A stretch of DNA of 64,000 bases from Chrysomallon squamiferum (GCA_012295275.1 CM022677.1:21204001-21268000); one strand, 5' to 3'; shown: positions 1 to 13,442, counted from the first letter of the stretch. Program-made: numbers and translations. Notes: generated by a model from the letters alone, not told the origin.

Positions 1-49
1 GATGATTAGGCATCATTAATTAATTAAGTTTTAAATACAAAAATCTTAC

Positions 50-94
50 CTCTAGTGCTAACTCTAGTGGTTGCAATTTCTGTTGTGTATTCTT
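50..94 (-). CDS. Linker microexon type L (45 nt, EEYTTEIATTRVSTR)
   Basis: ttttacag acceptor, gtaag donor, phase 1-1, Thr-rich. Confidence 0.7.
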
Positions 95-511
95 CTGTAA
101 AAAAAATAAAATAAAATAATTAAAACAGGTATTGATATGAGAGAGAGAGAGAAAGAGAGAGACAGAGAAAGAGAGAGAGAGATTCTAATAAACTAATGAA
201 TTTGTTTTGTTGGTTCTCCTTCTACCAAAACAAAACAAAAGAAGAAGACAAAACAAATTAAATAATAACAAATAAGAGAACAAGAGTAACAAGAGTAACA
301 AGAATAAAAAATAAAATTAATAATAAGAACAACAACAACAAGAAATAAATATATAAATATATAAATTACTAAATAAATGAATAAATAAATAAATATTTCA
401 GACAGAGATACAAAATTAGGGAAACGAGAGATAGAGAAGACAGAAAAGAATGAGAGATAATAAGTAACTGAGAAAGTGGAGGAATGAGAAAGGAACTAGA
501 AAATAAGAGAA

Positions 512-586
<75 letters not shown>

Positions 587-588
587 AC

Positions 589-780
589 CTGGACAGTGAA
601 CTCTTGTTCTACATGTTTGTGTTATTCGGACATTTCTGTCTCCTTCGCACATTCTTCCTCCGTACTTTGGCGCGGGGTTTTCACAGTTTCTTTTTATAAA
701 GTAAGCTTTCACACCGAAACCGCACGTGCGACTGCACGATGTTTCTTTAATCAGTTCCCAGGCAGTCCACCCACCGTCCT
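589..780 (-). CDS. TSP1 exon type A copy 1 (EDGGWTAW...CSRTCG...CENPAPKYGGRMC...CP)
   Basis: 192 nt, tttcag/gtgc, WxxW, CSxTCG, 6 Cys. Confidence 0.9.
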
Positions 781-1821
781 CTGAAATGTGAGTTTAAACG
801 AAATAATCATAAAATACAGATACCACTGGTATAATAATTATAATAATGGATGAGAAAATTACCGAAGTATTTTGTTATTATTATTATTTAATCTGTCTAT
901 CTTTACATCAGTCTATCTGTCTATCTTTCAATCTATCTATGTCTCTATCTATGTATCTATCTATCTAATTATCTATATATTTATATATGTTATTGATTAG
1001 TACTTTTATGTTATCTGTAAATAAACTTCTATTCATTTTTTAAATATTATAAAATTGTTCGCGTTTTTGTATATTCCATTATGACATCATATTTTCTTAA
1101 ATGGTTGTCCTGACGTTTTTAAATAAAATAAATACTTTCCTTTTTTTAAAATAGTGTAATAATATAAATATGTTTGTTTGTTTTAATTAGAGTAAAATAT
1201 TTTGTAAATTTGTACTGATGTTTTCAAATAGAGCAAACAGTATTTTTTTTTTTTAAAATAGATAACCTTCAACTATGTGCACAAATATATCCAACCGAAC
1301 ATACACACACACTCATATCTTTCTATCTCTCTCTCTGTCTCTCTCTCTATATATATATATATATATGTATGTATATATTTGGTTATTTTATAACTAGGTA
1401 ACGCGTTCACATAACAGCAGTATATGCTAATAACAGTTGTATTACAATGTGTAAAGCTCTTGGTGACGTAAAATTTGGGATATATCTGACGCCATTTCGT
1501 ACTGAATCATATAACTTTAGTTCGTCTATTTTAATCTTTAAGAAAAAACAAAAATCAAAAGAACAAAAGGAATGTGTGAGAGCAATAGAAATTAGTTTTT
1601 TTGTAAACACACACACACACACCGACACAGACACACACACACACACCCTTAGCATAATATTCATAAAACCTACACATTATAATGACACACCAACGATCAA
1701 AAACTGTTTCACATTCTGATCCTACGTAGAATATTGATCCTTCTACACATAATCAAAACCTTTTGTTTAATTTATATATTTATGTATATATTTTTTTATT
1801 TTTCTCACAGTCTCATCCTAC

Positions 1822-2019
1822 CTGGAATATTGATGCTGCACGCGCCACTGTCGCATCTGACTAGTTTCTCCTGAAACTTCACGTGACCAGGACACGTGGA
1901 ATTTCTCGTGTCACCGGGAATCGCCGAGACGCACCGTCGCGTGAACTGTTTCGTCTGCTCACATTTGACGGAGCACGCCGTAGTCGACGACAACACCCAC
2001 GTCGTCCAGCGACCAGCCA
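1822..2019 (-). CDS. TSP1-like exon type B copy 1 (VAGRWTTW...CSVKC...RRC...CPG...CDSGAC)
   Basis: 198 nt, tatcag/gtagg, WxxW and 6 Cys. Confidence 0.85.
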
Positions 2020-2276
2020 CTGATAAACACAACGACGACAACAGCACAGTAGTAGTAATAAAGCCAAAGATAATTCCTGAGGTGCTAATGTGTCCGTCAA
2101 CGTATTGTCCATATGTCTGTCTTTATGTCACTCTCTCGTTTTGTGTGTAGTTTATCTGCGTATGTTTACGTGTCTGCGTCAGTTCTCTCTGTGTCTGTAT
2201 TGTGTACCTATCTCTACATCTATCTCTGTCAGTCTCTCTGTTTTTACTGTGTTTATGTCTGCTTATGACAGTGTTT

Positions 2277-2369
<93 letters not shown>

Positions 2370-2635
2370 TCAGTCTGTCTGTCTGTCTGATAGTTTAATA
2401 GAAGGATTTTACTCATAGAAAGAAGACAGAAAGGCAAAAATAAACAAAAATAAATCAATCGAGTTTTCATAAAGAAACAAAAAACAAAAGGATCACTGTC
2501 ATAAAATTATAGTAAAAAAATAAAAAAACAAAAATGTATTGTCTGTTATTTTGTCAAACTCAAAGAAAACAACATTGTAATAGTTACGGTAGACATATAA
2601 AATAAAGTAGGTGTAAATATTTAACACCCTGTTAC

Positions 2636-2815
2636 CATGGCAATCGCCTCCTGCGCACTGCTCCAATACAGTTTTGTTGGTTGGGCCACTACACTGACTA
2701 CCTCCATTTCTTGGAATTGGGTTCGTACAAGATCTCTGATAGAGCACGTGTATTCTGCAGTTCAGTGGACACGTGCCAGGGTCGTAACGGTACCAAGATT
2801 GCCAACCCCCATCCA
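2636..2815 (-). CDS. TSP1 exon type C copy 1 (VDGGWQSW...RSCTNPIPRNGGSQC...C)
   Basis: 180 nt, ttccag/gtaac, DGGW and CxNPxPxNGGxxC motifs. Confidence 0.9.
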
Positions 2816-3332
2816 CTGGAAAAAAAAATTCGAAATTAGAACATATCAGGATTTGTATCTGAAAAAAAAAAAAAAAAAATTAAAAATAAATTTAGATAAT
2901 TACCAACAATTAATTATCAACTCAAAAGAAATAAACAAATAAATAATAATATAATAATGATAATAATAATGTTGATGATGATGATGTGATGATGCTAATA
3001 ATAATAATAATAAAGATGCTGATACTGATGATAATGATGATAATAACAATAATGATGATGATGATGATAATAACAATGAAGTAATAATAATAATAAAATA
3101 AAATAAATAAATAAATAAATAAACAATACAGTGTACGACTTTGAGTCTGCCCATTCGTTCCTTTACACGTTCATTGATTCGTTCGTTCATTCGTTTCTTC
3201 CTGTTCATTAATTTCTTCCCCTACTAGCTGTTTCCCTGCTTCATTCATTCAATTATTATCTCTGTAATATTTTCTTCCTTCCATCCTTCATTCGTTCATT
3301 CCTTCTTTCACTCTTACGCTAAGTGTACTTAC

Positions 3333-3492
3333 CCATCTCACAGGACACACACTTGACGTTTGTCGTCATCGTTTTCTTCCCTCTACACGTTTCACCTTCT
3401 AAACATGCACGTGAAAACCTACATGCGCTGATAGCAGTCTCCCTCACACTCACCTACCAGCTCTCTGGACCACAACGACCATGTCCCTGTCA
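3333..3492 (-). pseudogene. TSP1-like exon type D copy 1 with 1-nt insertion creating ATG TAG
   Basis: 160 nt versus 159 nt in the other three copies; extra base near 3421. Confidence 0.75.
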
Positions 3493-3930
3493 CTGTAACA
3501 GCAAAGACAACTATCTGTTGTTGTTACTGTTGTTATTATTATTATAATTATCATCACGTTTTATTAGGTATTACTGATACATATATTCTATATACAGTGC
3601 AAGTAATATTATATCTCTCTCTCTCTCTCTTTGTCTCTGTGTCTGAGAGTGTGTGTAGGTTGCTTTTGAACTAATAAGAAACAAGCAAATACATACATAC
3701 ATATTAATAACAATGCACAAACATGCACTTACATACGTACATGGATTCACGGTATATATAAATACATAAATACATACATACATATTTTCAAAAATACATA
3801 AACATCTAATTACATACATTTATTTATATATTTTCTTTAATAAAATAATACATACATACACTCATTCACACATGCACAAACACACATACACATACATAGA
3901 TGCATACTCACAAATATGACAAACACTCAC

Positions 3931-5339
3931 GCGTGCACTTGTGTAGTAATTTTAAAGTGTTCATTGTTTTTCTTTCCATTAAATTCAGTTTTCCCTGGGC
4001 CGCGAGGCACTCTCCCTCGAGATTGTTCTCATCGAGGATTTTAAGAATTGTGTACACGCTGCAGCTGCACTTCAGATCTGTGTCCCGCACTTTGATTTTT
4101 CTAAACTTCTTTTCTCGTTCTGCAGGACGAAGTCTATGTTTTGTATTTTGGTTCTGTCCAGGATAATGGTGAGACCCAGACCCACGTTTCTGAACACACC
4201 GGGGCTGATCGTGGTCAGAGGATTTCCGTACAAGTCCAAAACGACGAGAGGGAGGTCTTCGAAAGCGTTGTCAGGAATCTTTCCGATTCTGTTGTCTCTC
4301 AGGAACAGTGCAGAGAGCATGGTCAGACCTCGCAGGGCGTTGCTGGGAACCTCTGTCAGGTGTCTCCTGTTGATGACGAGTTTTGTGAGACACAGTCTCT
4401 GAGCGCTAAAGATTCCATCGACCAATGACAGGCGCGTGCCGCTGATGTCGAGTTCTCGGAGACAGAATTCGCCCAGCAGCGAGTCGGTGCTGAAAACCGA
4501 GAGCTCGTTGTCCGCGAGATCGAGTTTGGCCAGTCTCTTCAGTCTGAGCACGGAGCGAGGCAGATCGTCCAGACTGCAGTTCCTCATTCTCAGTTCTTTC
4601 AGCGTGGAGCTGACGTCAACGAAACACTTCCGGTCTACGGACTCTGTTCTCAGCGGGTTGTGACTCAGTATCAGAACTTGTAGCGCGCGGAGGTCGTGGA
4701 AGGCATTGTGTTTTATGCTGGCGATGTCGTTGTGGGATAAGTCGAGTACTCGCAGTTTGGGAACGTCGTCGAATATTCGTATCATGTCTGACAGGCCGTT
4801 GTAGCTTAGATTCAACGACCTGAGAGAGTCCAAATGTTTAAAAGCGTGATCCCGTATGTAGCTGAGATTACAATTATCCATTTCTACGTTTTCAATAGAC
4901 AGAAGCTGCAAATTGGCGAAAATCCCGTTACTTATGATTCCAGTGTCTTGCAAATTATGGCTCAGTTTAAGGTACTTCAGTGCTGTGAGGCCGTGCAAAA
5001 AGTCCAACGGTTTCTGAAATGACAGACTCAAATTTTCAAGATAGAGGTCTCGCAACGTCCACGCTATGTTGGTGAGAACACCTTCTGACAAAAACACATT
5101 CGACTCGTTTCGTAGACGTAAACTGTAAATCGCCAAATCTTTCGGAAAATCGGAGACCACAAGATTCCTCCCTGGATTCAGATGAAAGTCCAGTCGAATG
5201 AGTTCTTTCACTGGTCTCAGAAAGTGTATATTTGGAAAGTAACCCTCTTTCTTTCTGCACTTGACGTCATAAATTCTTCCTGCAGTGTCTGAGAACATTA
5301 TTTCACACTGGCACTGTTCTGGGCAGGCAAGAAATTCAG
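3931..5339 (-). CDS. Large LRR exon copy 1 (LRRNT, about 14 LRRs, LRRCT); 1-nt deletion near 4110
   Basis: CPEQCQC N-cap, LxxLxLSxNxL repeats, CSCS...C...C C-cap; 1409 nt versus 1410 nt intact; split across ORFs 4072..5448 and 3908..4090; gagcag/gtgag. Confidence 0.85.
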
Positions 5340-5778
5340 CTGCTCCACAGACAAGAATAGTTGATGCAAATTTAAAAAAAAAATAAATAAATAAATAAAT
5401 AAAACAAGAAAGAAAAGAATTAAAAAAGACTGAGGAAACATAAATCATTAGAACAAATAATAATAGTAATAAAATAAAAATTTAAAGCTTTTTTAAATTG
5501 TGGTCATTAACATAATACAGTAAGCACTTGTTTCTTTCAGCAGGTTAACCTAGACATAGAAAACAAATACACGTTATGTTACGTTATCTTTGATGTTGTT
5601 GTTGTTCTTGTTGTTATTTTTGAAATTATTTTTATTAATATATTTAATAATTTTTTCTTATTTTATTTTATTTTATTTTATTTTTGTATTTATTTATTTA
5701 TTTATTTATTTATGTATTTTCTATTAACTTATAGAAGTTAATATTAAATCAAGCTTTAAATAAAAGTCTTGATGTTAC

Positions 5779-5826
5779 CAGGAGTTCCAGACGGCCTTGC
5801 AGTCATTCTTGTTGTAGATTCCTCTT
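5779..5826 (-). CDS. Linker microexon M (EEESTTRMTARPSGTP)
   Basis: 48 nt, ctctacag/gtaac, phase 1-1. Confidence 0.75.
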
Positions 5827-6284
5827 CTGTAGAGAAAAAAATAAAGAAGAAATAAATAAATGGAAGAAAACTAACTAAATAAATAAATAAATAAATTCAG
5901 TGGACAAGACCCAAACTGGACAAGATTGTTTAGGTATTAACTGTCATTTGGTTTGTATTTTCTGGTGTAAAATCAGTACTGAATATGACAAATATAACAG
6001 ATCGATAATGAACTGGATACGAGGATTTTCAGGTATGAATTTTCACTGAAAAGCTTTTCAGGAAATGAAAACGAATCCATCTGAACTTAGTTTTATTTCG
6101 CTAAAACAAACCACAACATTATTTTGAAAAGAAAGAATAAAACATTTTAAAATTATTTTTAGTAATAATTTTAATAATTTTATTTTATTTTATTTTATTT
6201 TATTTTATATATTTATTTTTCATTTACTACTGACTTTTAGAAGTTAATATTAAATCAAACTTTAAATAAAACTGTTGATGTTAC

Positions 6285-6332
6285 CAGGAATTCCAGACGG
6301 CCTTGTAATCATTCTTGTTGTAGATTCCTCTT
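6285..6332 (-). CDS. Linker microexon M (EEESTTRMITRPSGIP)
   Basis: 48 nt, ctctacag/gtaac. Confidence 0.75.
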
Positions 6333-6824
6333 CTGTAGAGAAAAAAAGACAGAAGAAAAAACAAAAATAAATGAAAGAAAAATAAATAAATAAATAAATT
6401 AATTAATTATTTAAGTGTACTAGACACAAACAAGACAAAATTGTTTATGTAAAAACTATAATTTGGTTTGTATTTTCTGGAGTAAAATCAGTACAGAATA
6501 TGAAAAACATAACAGATTGATAATGAACTGGATACAAGGAATTCAGGTCTGAATTCTCATGGATGCAATTTGTTCTTAAAAATACTAAAATATACTCAAG
6601 TCTTAACAATAAAATTAAGACCAATCAATTTAAACATAGTTTTATTTAGCTAAAACAAACCACAACATTATTTTGAAAAGAAAGAATAAAACAAATTTTA
6701 AATTATTTTTAGTAATAATTTTAATAATTTAATTTTATTTAATTTTATTTTTTTTTTTTTTTATTTACTACTGACTTTTAGAAGTTAATATTAAATCAAA
6801 CTTTAAAAAAACTGTTGATGTTAC

Positions 6825-6872
6825 CAGGAATTCTAGACGGCCTTGTAATCATTCTTGTTGTAGATTCCTCTT
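6825..6872 (-). CDS. Linker microexon M (EEESTTRMITRPSRIP)
   Basis: 48 nt, ctctacag/gtaac; 540-bp tandem copy of the previous unit. Confidence 0.75.
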
Positions 6873-7210
6873 CTGTAGAGAAAAAAAGACAGAAGAAAAA
6901 ACAAAAATAAATGAAAGGAAAATAAATAAATAAATAAATTAATTAATTAAGTGTACTAGACACAAACAAGACAAAATTGTTTATGTAAAAACTGTAATTT
7001 GGTTTGTATTTTCTGGAGTAAAATCAGTACTGAATATGACGAATATAACAGATCGATATTTAATTGGATGCAAGGACTTTCAGGTATGAATTGTCATATT
7101 CTGAAAAGCTTTACAATCAAATGAAAAAATCCATCTGAACTTAGTTTTATTTAGCTAAAACAAACGACAACATTGTTGCAATAATAAAAAGATAATAATA
7201 ATTATAATAA

Positions 7211-7251
<41 letters not shown>

Positions 7252-7602
7252 TAATCATGTAATAGAGAAAAAAGACAGAAGAAAAACAAAAATAAATAAT
7301 AATAAATAAATAATAATAATAATAATAATAAAAGACAATTTGATGCAAAGATATACGACGATAGATGAATAGTAGATGGACAGAGAGAGAGAAAGAGAGA
7401 GAGATGGAGAGAGAGAGAGACAGACGACAGACAGACTGACTGACAGAGAGATATATAGATAGGTAGATAGATAAATAGATAGACAGATAGATAGACAGAT
7501 ATGTAGATAGATACATAGGTAGACAGACAGAGAGATAGATAGATAAAGAGACAGTTAGATAGATAGATAGACAGACAGACAGACATCCAGACTGACAGAT
7601 AG

Positions 7603-7669
<67 letters not shown>

Positions 7670-7939
7670 CAGACACATAGATGGATAGATAGATACACTC
7701 CATGTAAGCTTAATAAAGAAAAGAGAGAAAATATTTAGAAATACAAACAGAAAAATGTATTTATTTTTTTATATATAATAATAATAATGATAATGACCTA
7801 AGGAAGTGCACAGTGAATGAAAAAAAGTTTAAATGTTACCAGGACTGTCAAGTGACAATCAAAAAAATAAAACATAAAAATAAAAATAGTAATAATAATA
7901 ATAATATTAATAAAAACAACAACAACAACAACAACATAC

Positions 7940-8134
7940 CAGGACAAGGCACGCCTGCATCACAGGGTGTAATATCATAGATATTTTTGCCAGAACCTTC
8001 GCACTGTCTTCCGCCTTTCCAGGGAGGAGGGTTTGAGCACAGTCGACTTTTCACCACAATTCTGTAACCACTGCCACACGTGACAGAGCACTTTATAAAT
8101 AGAATATTGAGCCATGCAGTCCACCCGCCATTCA
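7940..8134 (-). CDS. TSP1 exon type E copy 1 (VNGGWTAW...CSVTCGSG...CSNPPPWKGGRQC...CP)
   Basis: 195 nt, tagcag/gtatg, CSVTCG. Confidence 0.9.
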
Positions 8135-8530
8135 CTGCTAAATAACATAATCATATAAATTAATACATCTCAGTTTGTGTGTCTTTCCAAAGCAAACATG
8201 TAACAAATATAGCTATTGCAATGAATACTACTCTACTACTACCACTATCACTATTACTACTACTAATAATAACAATACCACCACCATTACTACTAGTAGT
8301 ACTACTACAACTACTACTACCACTTCTACTACCAGTAATACTACTAATATTAATAATAATAATAATAATAATGATAGTGATAATAATAATAAAAATAAAA
8401 GTAATAACAATAATAGTTCGCTGTTCAAGCATGTTATGACTATTTAAGAACAGTTTCTAAATAAAACTTTGAACTGTCCAGTTCATCCAGAATTTATTAC
8501 TAAATAATAAAGGTCGTATTCATTTATAAA

Positions 8531-8613
<83 letters not shown>

Positions 8614-8847
8614 TTTTATATCATTGAGGGTTTTTTTAAAACAATTTATGTGAAAATGTCAATACTACCTACCAGCGTCTGGGTTTTTTTCATTGTTTGT
8701 TGTTGATTGGATTTTGTGGCGTTTGCGTTTTCAAAATTGAAAAGAAAAGAAAAAAAAAATAATAACAAATTACAATCAATAATATCGAACATAACATCCG
8801 CATAGTGATAATAATAATGATATTAATAATAATAATAATAATAATAA

Positions 8848-8954
<107 letters not shown>

Positions 8955-9823
8955 AAGAGTTGAGGCAATGAAAGGTTACATCGCCAGCGAATTTATAAAA
9001 ACAAGCTAAAGCTATTCCCCTGTTGATGAAAACTGGTATCTAATGTAATAGGTGCTACATACACTAATATTTCAATTACTGTGTTCCACATGTTAACTCT
9101 CTCACTTTTTGATGATAATAATAATAATAATAATAATCTATTGTGTGTGAAAATCTATATAACCATAGTCAGCAAACAACTGACTAATCTAGTTAAAATG
9201 GGTGTTTCTGCAGACGTCATTTAAGAAGAATTCGAAAAATAGGACTGTTTTTTTTTTTCTGTTCTATTTGCCTGCATTTAATTTTGATGGTCATGAAATT
9301 TTTTGACATTTATTTTGGCCAAGTACACGTGCACGGGGCTGAAAATGTGCACATCCAGCATGAAAACGCGGTTTATGCAGGATTCGTGTGATGAAGTGGT
9401 GACTTTACTCAGACCATAGTGGAAGATATCTGACAGTCGAATGTAAGGACTGCCCTGATTTTCGGGACTTCTTACCGATAACCTGAATTAACGATACGAA
9501 CTGATCGTTACTGAGAAAGTGACTCGTTTAGTCACCAAGTCACTGTCACACGTTTCCAAGTTAGTATTTGACCAATTCTTGCCTAAGCTATCGTCTTTTG
9601 AACAAAGGCGGTCACACCTCCTATTGCTCAAAATTTTCAAATCACAGAATATCCTATACCGTGCAGACGAAAGAACATTAAGCGAAATATTCAACAATGC
9701 AAATACCAAACTGGTTCAGTTCAAGTCACACAGAACACCACATTTCAAACAGAATCTCAGACGAAGAAATAAGCGTGGTTTGACGTGAAGTGACCCTGAA
9801 ACGAGAAAACTACAGAAAAGTAC

Positions 9824-10051
9824 CCGGACAGACAACTCCAGAGTAGCAGTTTGCAAACATGTGTTCTTGCTCCGGGCCATTGCAGTGTCCTCCTGCTCCT
9901 CCTCCTCCTCTTGCTCCTACAGCTCCTCCTGCTCCTCCTGCTCCTCCTGCTGGACAGTGTCGAATTCGGGTAACAACTTTGACACCACCGCCACACGTCA
10001 CACTACAACTCGATTCATTAATCTGGATCCATGAGCTCCATCCAGGGTCGT
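9824..10051 (-). CDS. TSP1 exon type F copy 1 with Gly/Ala-rich loop
   Basis: 228 nt, ctgcag/gtact; DDPGWSSW...CSVTCGGG...RIRHCP(AGG)n...C. Confidence 0.85.
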
Positions 10052-10207
10052 CTGCAGAGCAAGGATTAACAAAATTTCATATATATAAACATAATTTTAT
10101 TGCAACAAAACTAAGGTTTGATTCATTCCAGCTTACGAATGTAAAATAATTATGGTGATACGAACCAAAGAAATTCATTTCGGAAGATTAAAGTTTGGAA
10201 GTCTTAC

Positions 10208-10393
10208 CAGGGCACACGCCGAACAGGCACGACAATATCTCGTATGTTTCGTTTTTTCCAACGCAGATTTTTCCTCCATTTCGTGGTCGGGGGTTTTCGC
10301 ATCTCCTCACCATGTCCTGCCGAAACTTCCCGAACCCGCACGAGGCACTGCAAGAACTGTCAGTATGTATCCATGGAGTCCATCCACCATCAA
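10208..10393 (-). CDS. TSP1 exon type G copy 1 (VDGGWTPW...CSASCGFG...CENPRPRNGGKIC...CP)
   Basis: 186 nt, ttataag/gtaag. Confidence 0.9.
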
Positions 10394-10541
10394 CTTATAA
10401 AATAAACCAACAAACAAGTAAACAAACAAACAAACAAATAAACAAACAAATAAACAAACAAATAAACAAACAAACAATTAAACTACGAATAAGATTGGTA
10501 AGGAAAAACAAGGGATAAAAAAACCGCTAAGAAATAAAGAA

Positions 10542-10572
<31 letters not shown>

Positions 10573-10759
10573 TTCATCTATTAATTCATTTGTTATTTTA
10601 TTTCTTAATTTGTTAATGATGTAGAGAACTCATTAATGAATCACATTTTGTATTTTGTCCTGCTCAAATTCATCATAACCACAAGACATATCTGTGTGTG
10701 TGTGTATATGTGTGTGCATGTGTGTATGTGGATATAGAGAGAAAGACAGACAGACTGAC

Positions 10760-10900
<141 letters not shown>

Positions 10901-11046
10901 TATGGATACACTCCATATAAGCTTAATAAAGAAAAGAGAGAAAATATTGAGAAATACAGAGAGAAATATTTATTTATTTATTTATTTATAAACTAATTAT
11001 GACCTAATGAAGTTTACAGTGAATCAAACAAAAGTTTAAATGTTAC

Positions 11047-11094
11047 CAGGAGTGTCAGGTGACACGGTGGTCTTTTCTGCTGTAGTTTCTTCTT
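11047..11094 (-). CDS. Linker microexon H (EEETTAEKTTVSPDTP)
   Basis: 48 nt, ttctgcag/gtaac. Confidence 0.75.
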
Positions 11095-11391
11095 CTGCAG
11101 AAAAAAAAATAATAAATAAATAAATAAATAAATAAACAAATAAACAAATAAATAAATAAACAAACATACAAACAAACAAGAAACAAACAAACAAACAGAT
11201 AAACATTCTTCTTCTAGATTCCTCTTCTACAGAGAAAAAAGAAAGAAGAAAACAAAACAAAAAATGAAAGAAAAATAAATCAATCAATAAATAAATAAAT
11301 AAAAATAAAAAAATAAAAAATAAATAAATAAATAAATACAAAATAAAAAATAAATAAATAAATAAATAAATAAATATATATATATATTTAT

Positions 11392-11680
11392 TCAGTGGAT
11401 CAGACTCAAACCGGACAAGATTGTTTATGTATAAAATGTCATTTGGTTAGTATTTTCTGGAATAAAATTAGTGCTCAATATGACGAATATAACAGATCGA
11501 TATTTAATTGGATGCAAGGACTTTCAGGTATGAATTGTCATGGATACGATTTATACTTAAATAAACTAAAATGTACTGAAAAGCTTTACAATCAAATGAA
11601 AACGAATCCATCTGAACTTAATTTTATTTCGCTAAAACAAAACACAACATTATTTTGAAAAGAAAGAATAAAATTCTCTG
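11392..11680. repeat. Representative copy of a ~250-300 bp intronic repeat associated with microexon units
   Basis: tcagtgga...aactgtcatttggttt...ctaaaacaaaccacaacattattttgaaaag recurs near 5.9, 6.4, 7.0, 18.0, 18.6, 28.7, 29.1, 30.2, 34.5, 39.1, 39.8 and 62.5 kb; its 5' part is in every array unit. Confidence 0.8.
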
Positions 11681-11761
11681 AATACTTATGCACGACAACT
11701 TTTTTTTATAAGAAACACTGGTGTCCAAGAACCAAATGTTCCAACAATTAAAAAAGATAAC

Positions 11762-11828
<67 letters not shown>

Positions 11829-12046
11829 TGATGATAATAATAATAATAATAAAAGACAATTTGATGCAAAGATATACGACTATAGATGTATAGTAGATGG
11901 ACAGAGACAGAGAAAGAGAGAGAGATGGAGAGAGAGAGACAGACGACAGACAGACTGAAACACAGATAGATAGATAGACACATACATAGATAGATAGATC
12001 GATAGATAGATAGACAGATAAACAGATAGATAGATAGTCAGATATA

Positions 12047-12078
<32 letters not shown>

Positions 12079-12325
12079 TAGATAAATAAATAAATAAATA
12101 AATTCAGTGGACAAGACCCAAATTGGACAAGATTGTTTCTGTATTAACTGTAATTTGGTTTGTATTTTCTGGAGTAAAATCATATTACATAGAGAGATTA
12201 CATATTACACATATCTCACCAGGTGTTGTAGCTGGACATATCGCTAGTTCGACACAGTACAGAGTTCACGAAATAAAATAAAATAAATGAACACAAATAA
12301 CAAGTGAAAACATCGATGTACGTAC

Positions 12326-12370
12326 TAGGTGCGTGACCTCTTCGTCTGTCTGTCATTTGAGGTCTTTCTA
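12326..12370 (-). CDS. Basic linker microexon K ((V)ERPQMTDRRRGHAP)
   Basis: tagtag tandem acceptor (45 or 42 nt), gtacg donor; recurs in 6 related copies. Confidence 0.5.
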
Positions 12371-12850
12371 CTATTTTGATAAAAATAAAAAAAAAAATAA
12401 TAAATAAATAAAAACAAGAAAGAAAAGAATAAAAAAAGACTGAGAAGTCACAAAGTCATTAGAACAAATAATAATAATAATAAAATAAAAATTTAAAGAT
12501 TTTTCAAACTGTGGTTATTAACATAATAAAGAAAGCACATGTTTCTTTCCACAGGTTACCCTAGGCATAGAAAACAAATCAATATTATGTTATATGAAGT
12601 TTGTTTGATGTTGTTGTTGTGGTTAATATGTTTATTAATTGATTCATTCATTCACTTACATGCTGTTTTATCTTTTCTCTTTTGGTGTTCTTTATTTTCT
12701 TCCTTTTATTAAATTTTGTTGTAATTATTTTTATTAAAAATGTTAATCATTTTATTTTATTTTATTTTATTAATTCATTTATTTATTTATTTATTTACTA
12801 CTGACTTATAAAATTTAATATTAAATCAAACTTTAAATAAAACCAGTTAC

Positions 12851-12898
12851 CAAGAGTTTCAGATGGTCTTGTAGTCGTTCTTGTTGTAGATTCCTCTT
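12851..12898 (-). CDS. Linker microexon M (EEESTTRTTTRPSETL)
   Basis: 48 nt, ctgtag/gtaac. Confidence 0.75.
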
Positions 12899-13073
12899 CT
12901 ACAGAAAAAAAATCCAAAAAAACAATAACAATGAAAGAAAAAGAACATTAACAAAATAAATATATTCAGTGGATCAACTAAAACTGCACAGCATTGTTGT
13001 TCACGTGTAAATTGTTATTTGATTTATCTTTTCTCAATCGCAACCACTTCACAGTGTGATCTACAACAGATCG

Positions 13074-13248
<175 letters not shown>

Positions 13249-13250
13249 AC

Positions 13251-13442
13251 CTGGACAGGGAACTCTTGTACTACATGTTTCTGTTATTCGGAAACTCCTG
13301 TCTCCTTCGCACATTCTTCCTCCGTACATTGGCGCGGGGTTTTCACATTTTCTTTTTCTAAAGTACGCTTTTACACCCAAACCGCACGTGCGACTGCACG
13401 ATGTTTCTTTAATCAGTTCCCAGGAAGTCCACCCACCGTCCT
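13251..13442 (-). CDS. TSP1 exon type A copy 2
   Basis: 192 nt, same boundaries as copy 1. Confidence 0.9.

Noticed and set aside
4136-5022. Plus-strand ORFs overlapping LRR exons (also near 16.2-17.1, 23.5-24.7 and 44.1-45.3 kb)
   Set aside because: Antisense shadows of the GC-richer LRR frame; they recur only because the exon is duplicated
5340-5448. Hydrophobic N-terminus of the LRR ORFs as signal peptides of stand-alone genes
   Set aside because: It is T-rich intron sequence whose length and start codon differ between copies, and a conserved gagcag acceptor precedes the N-cap; not fully excluded without cDNA
8175-8447. Plus-strand poly-Thr/Asn ORF resembling a mucin
   Set aside because: Degenerate (ACT)n/(AAT)n intronic repeat on the opposite strand with no splice context
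9796-9823. Strong-looking acceptor (ttttctcgtttcag) just after the exon F donor
   Set aside because: Implied intron is only 28 nt, and the site is altered in the third copy
11047-11226. In-frame read-through from a half M exon across a TTTG/TTTA tract into exon H, giving a TM-like peptide
   Set aside because: Frame is not kept in the paralogues near 34.2-34.4 kb and 38.8-39.0 kb
11395-11658. 87-aa plus-strand ORF seen in three copies
   Set aside because: Lies in the intronic repeat; other copies are broken and persistence reflects recent duplication
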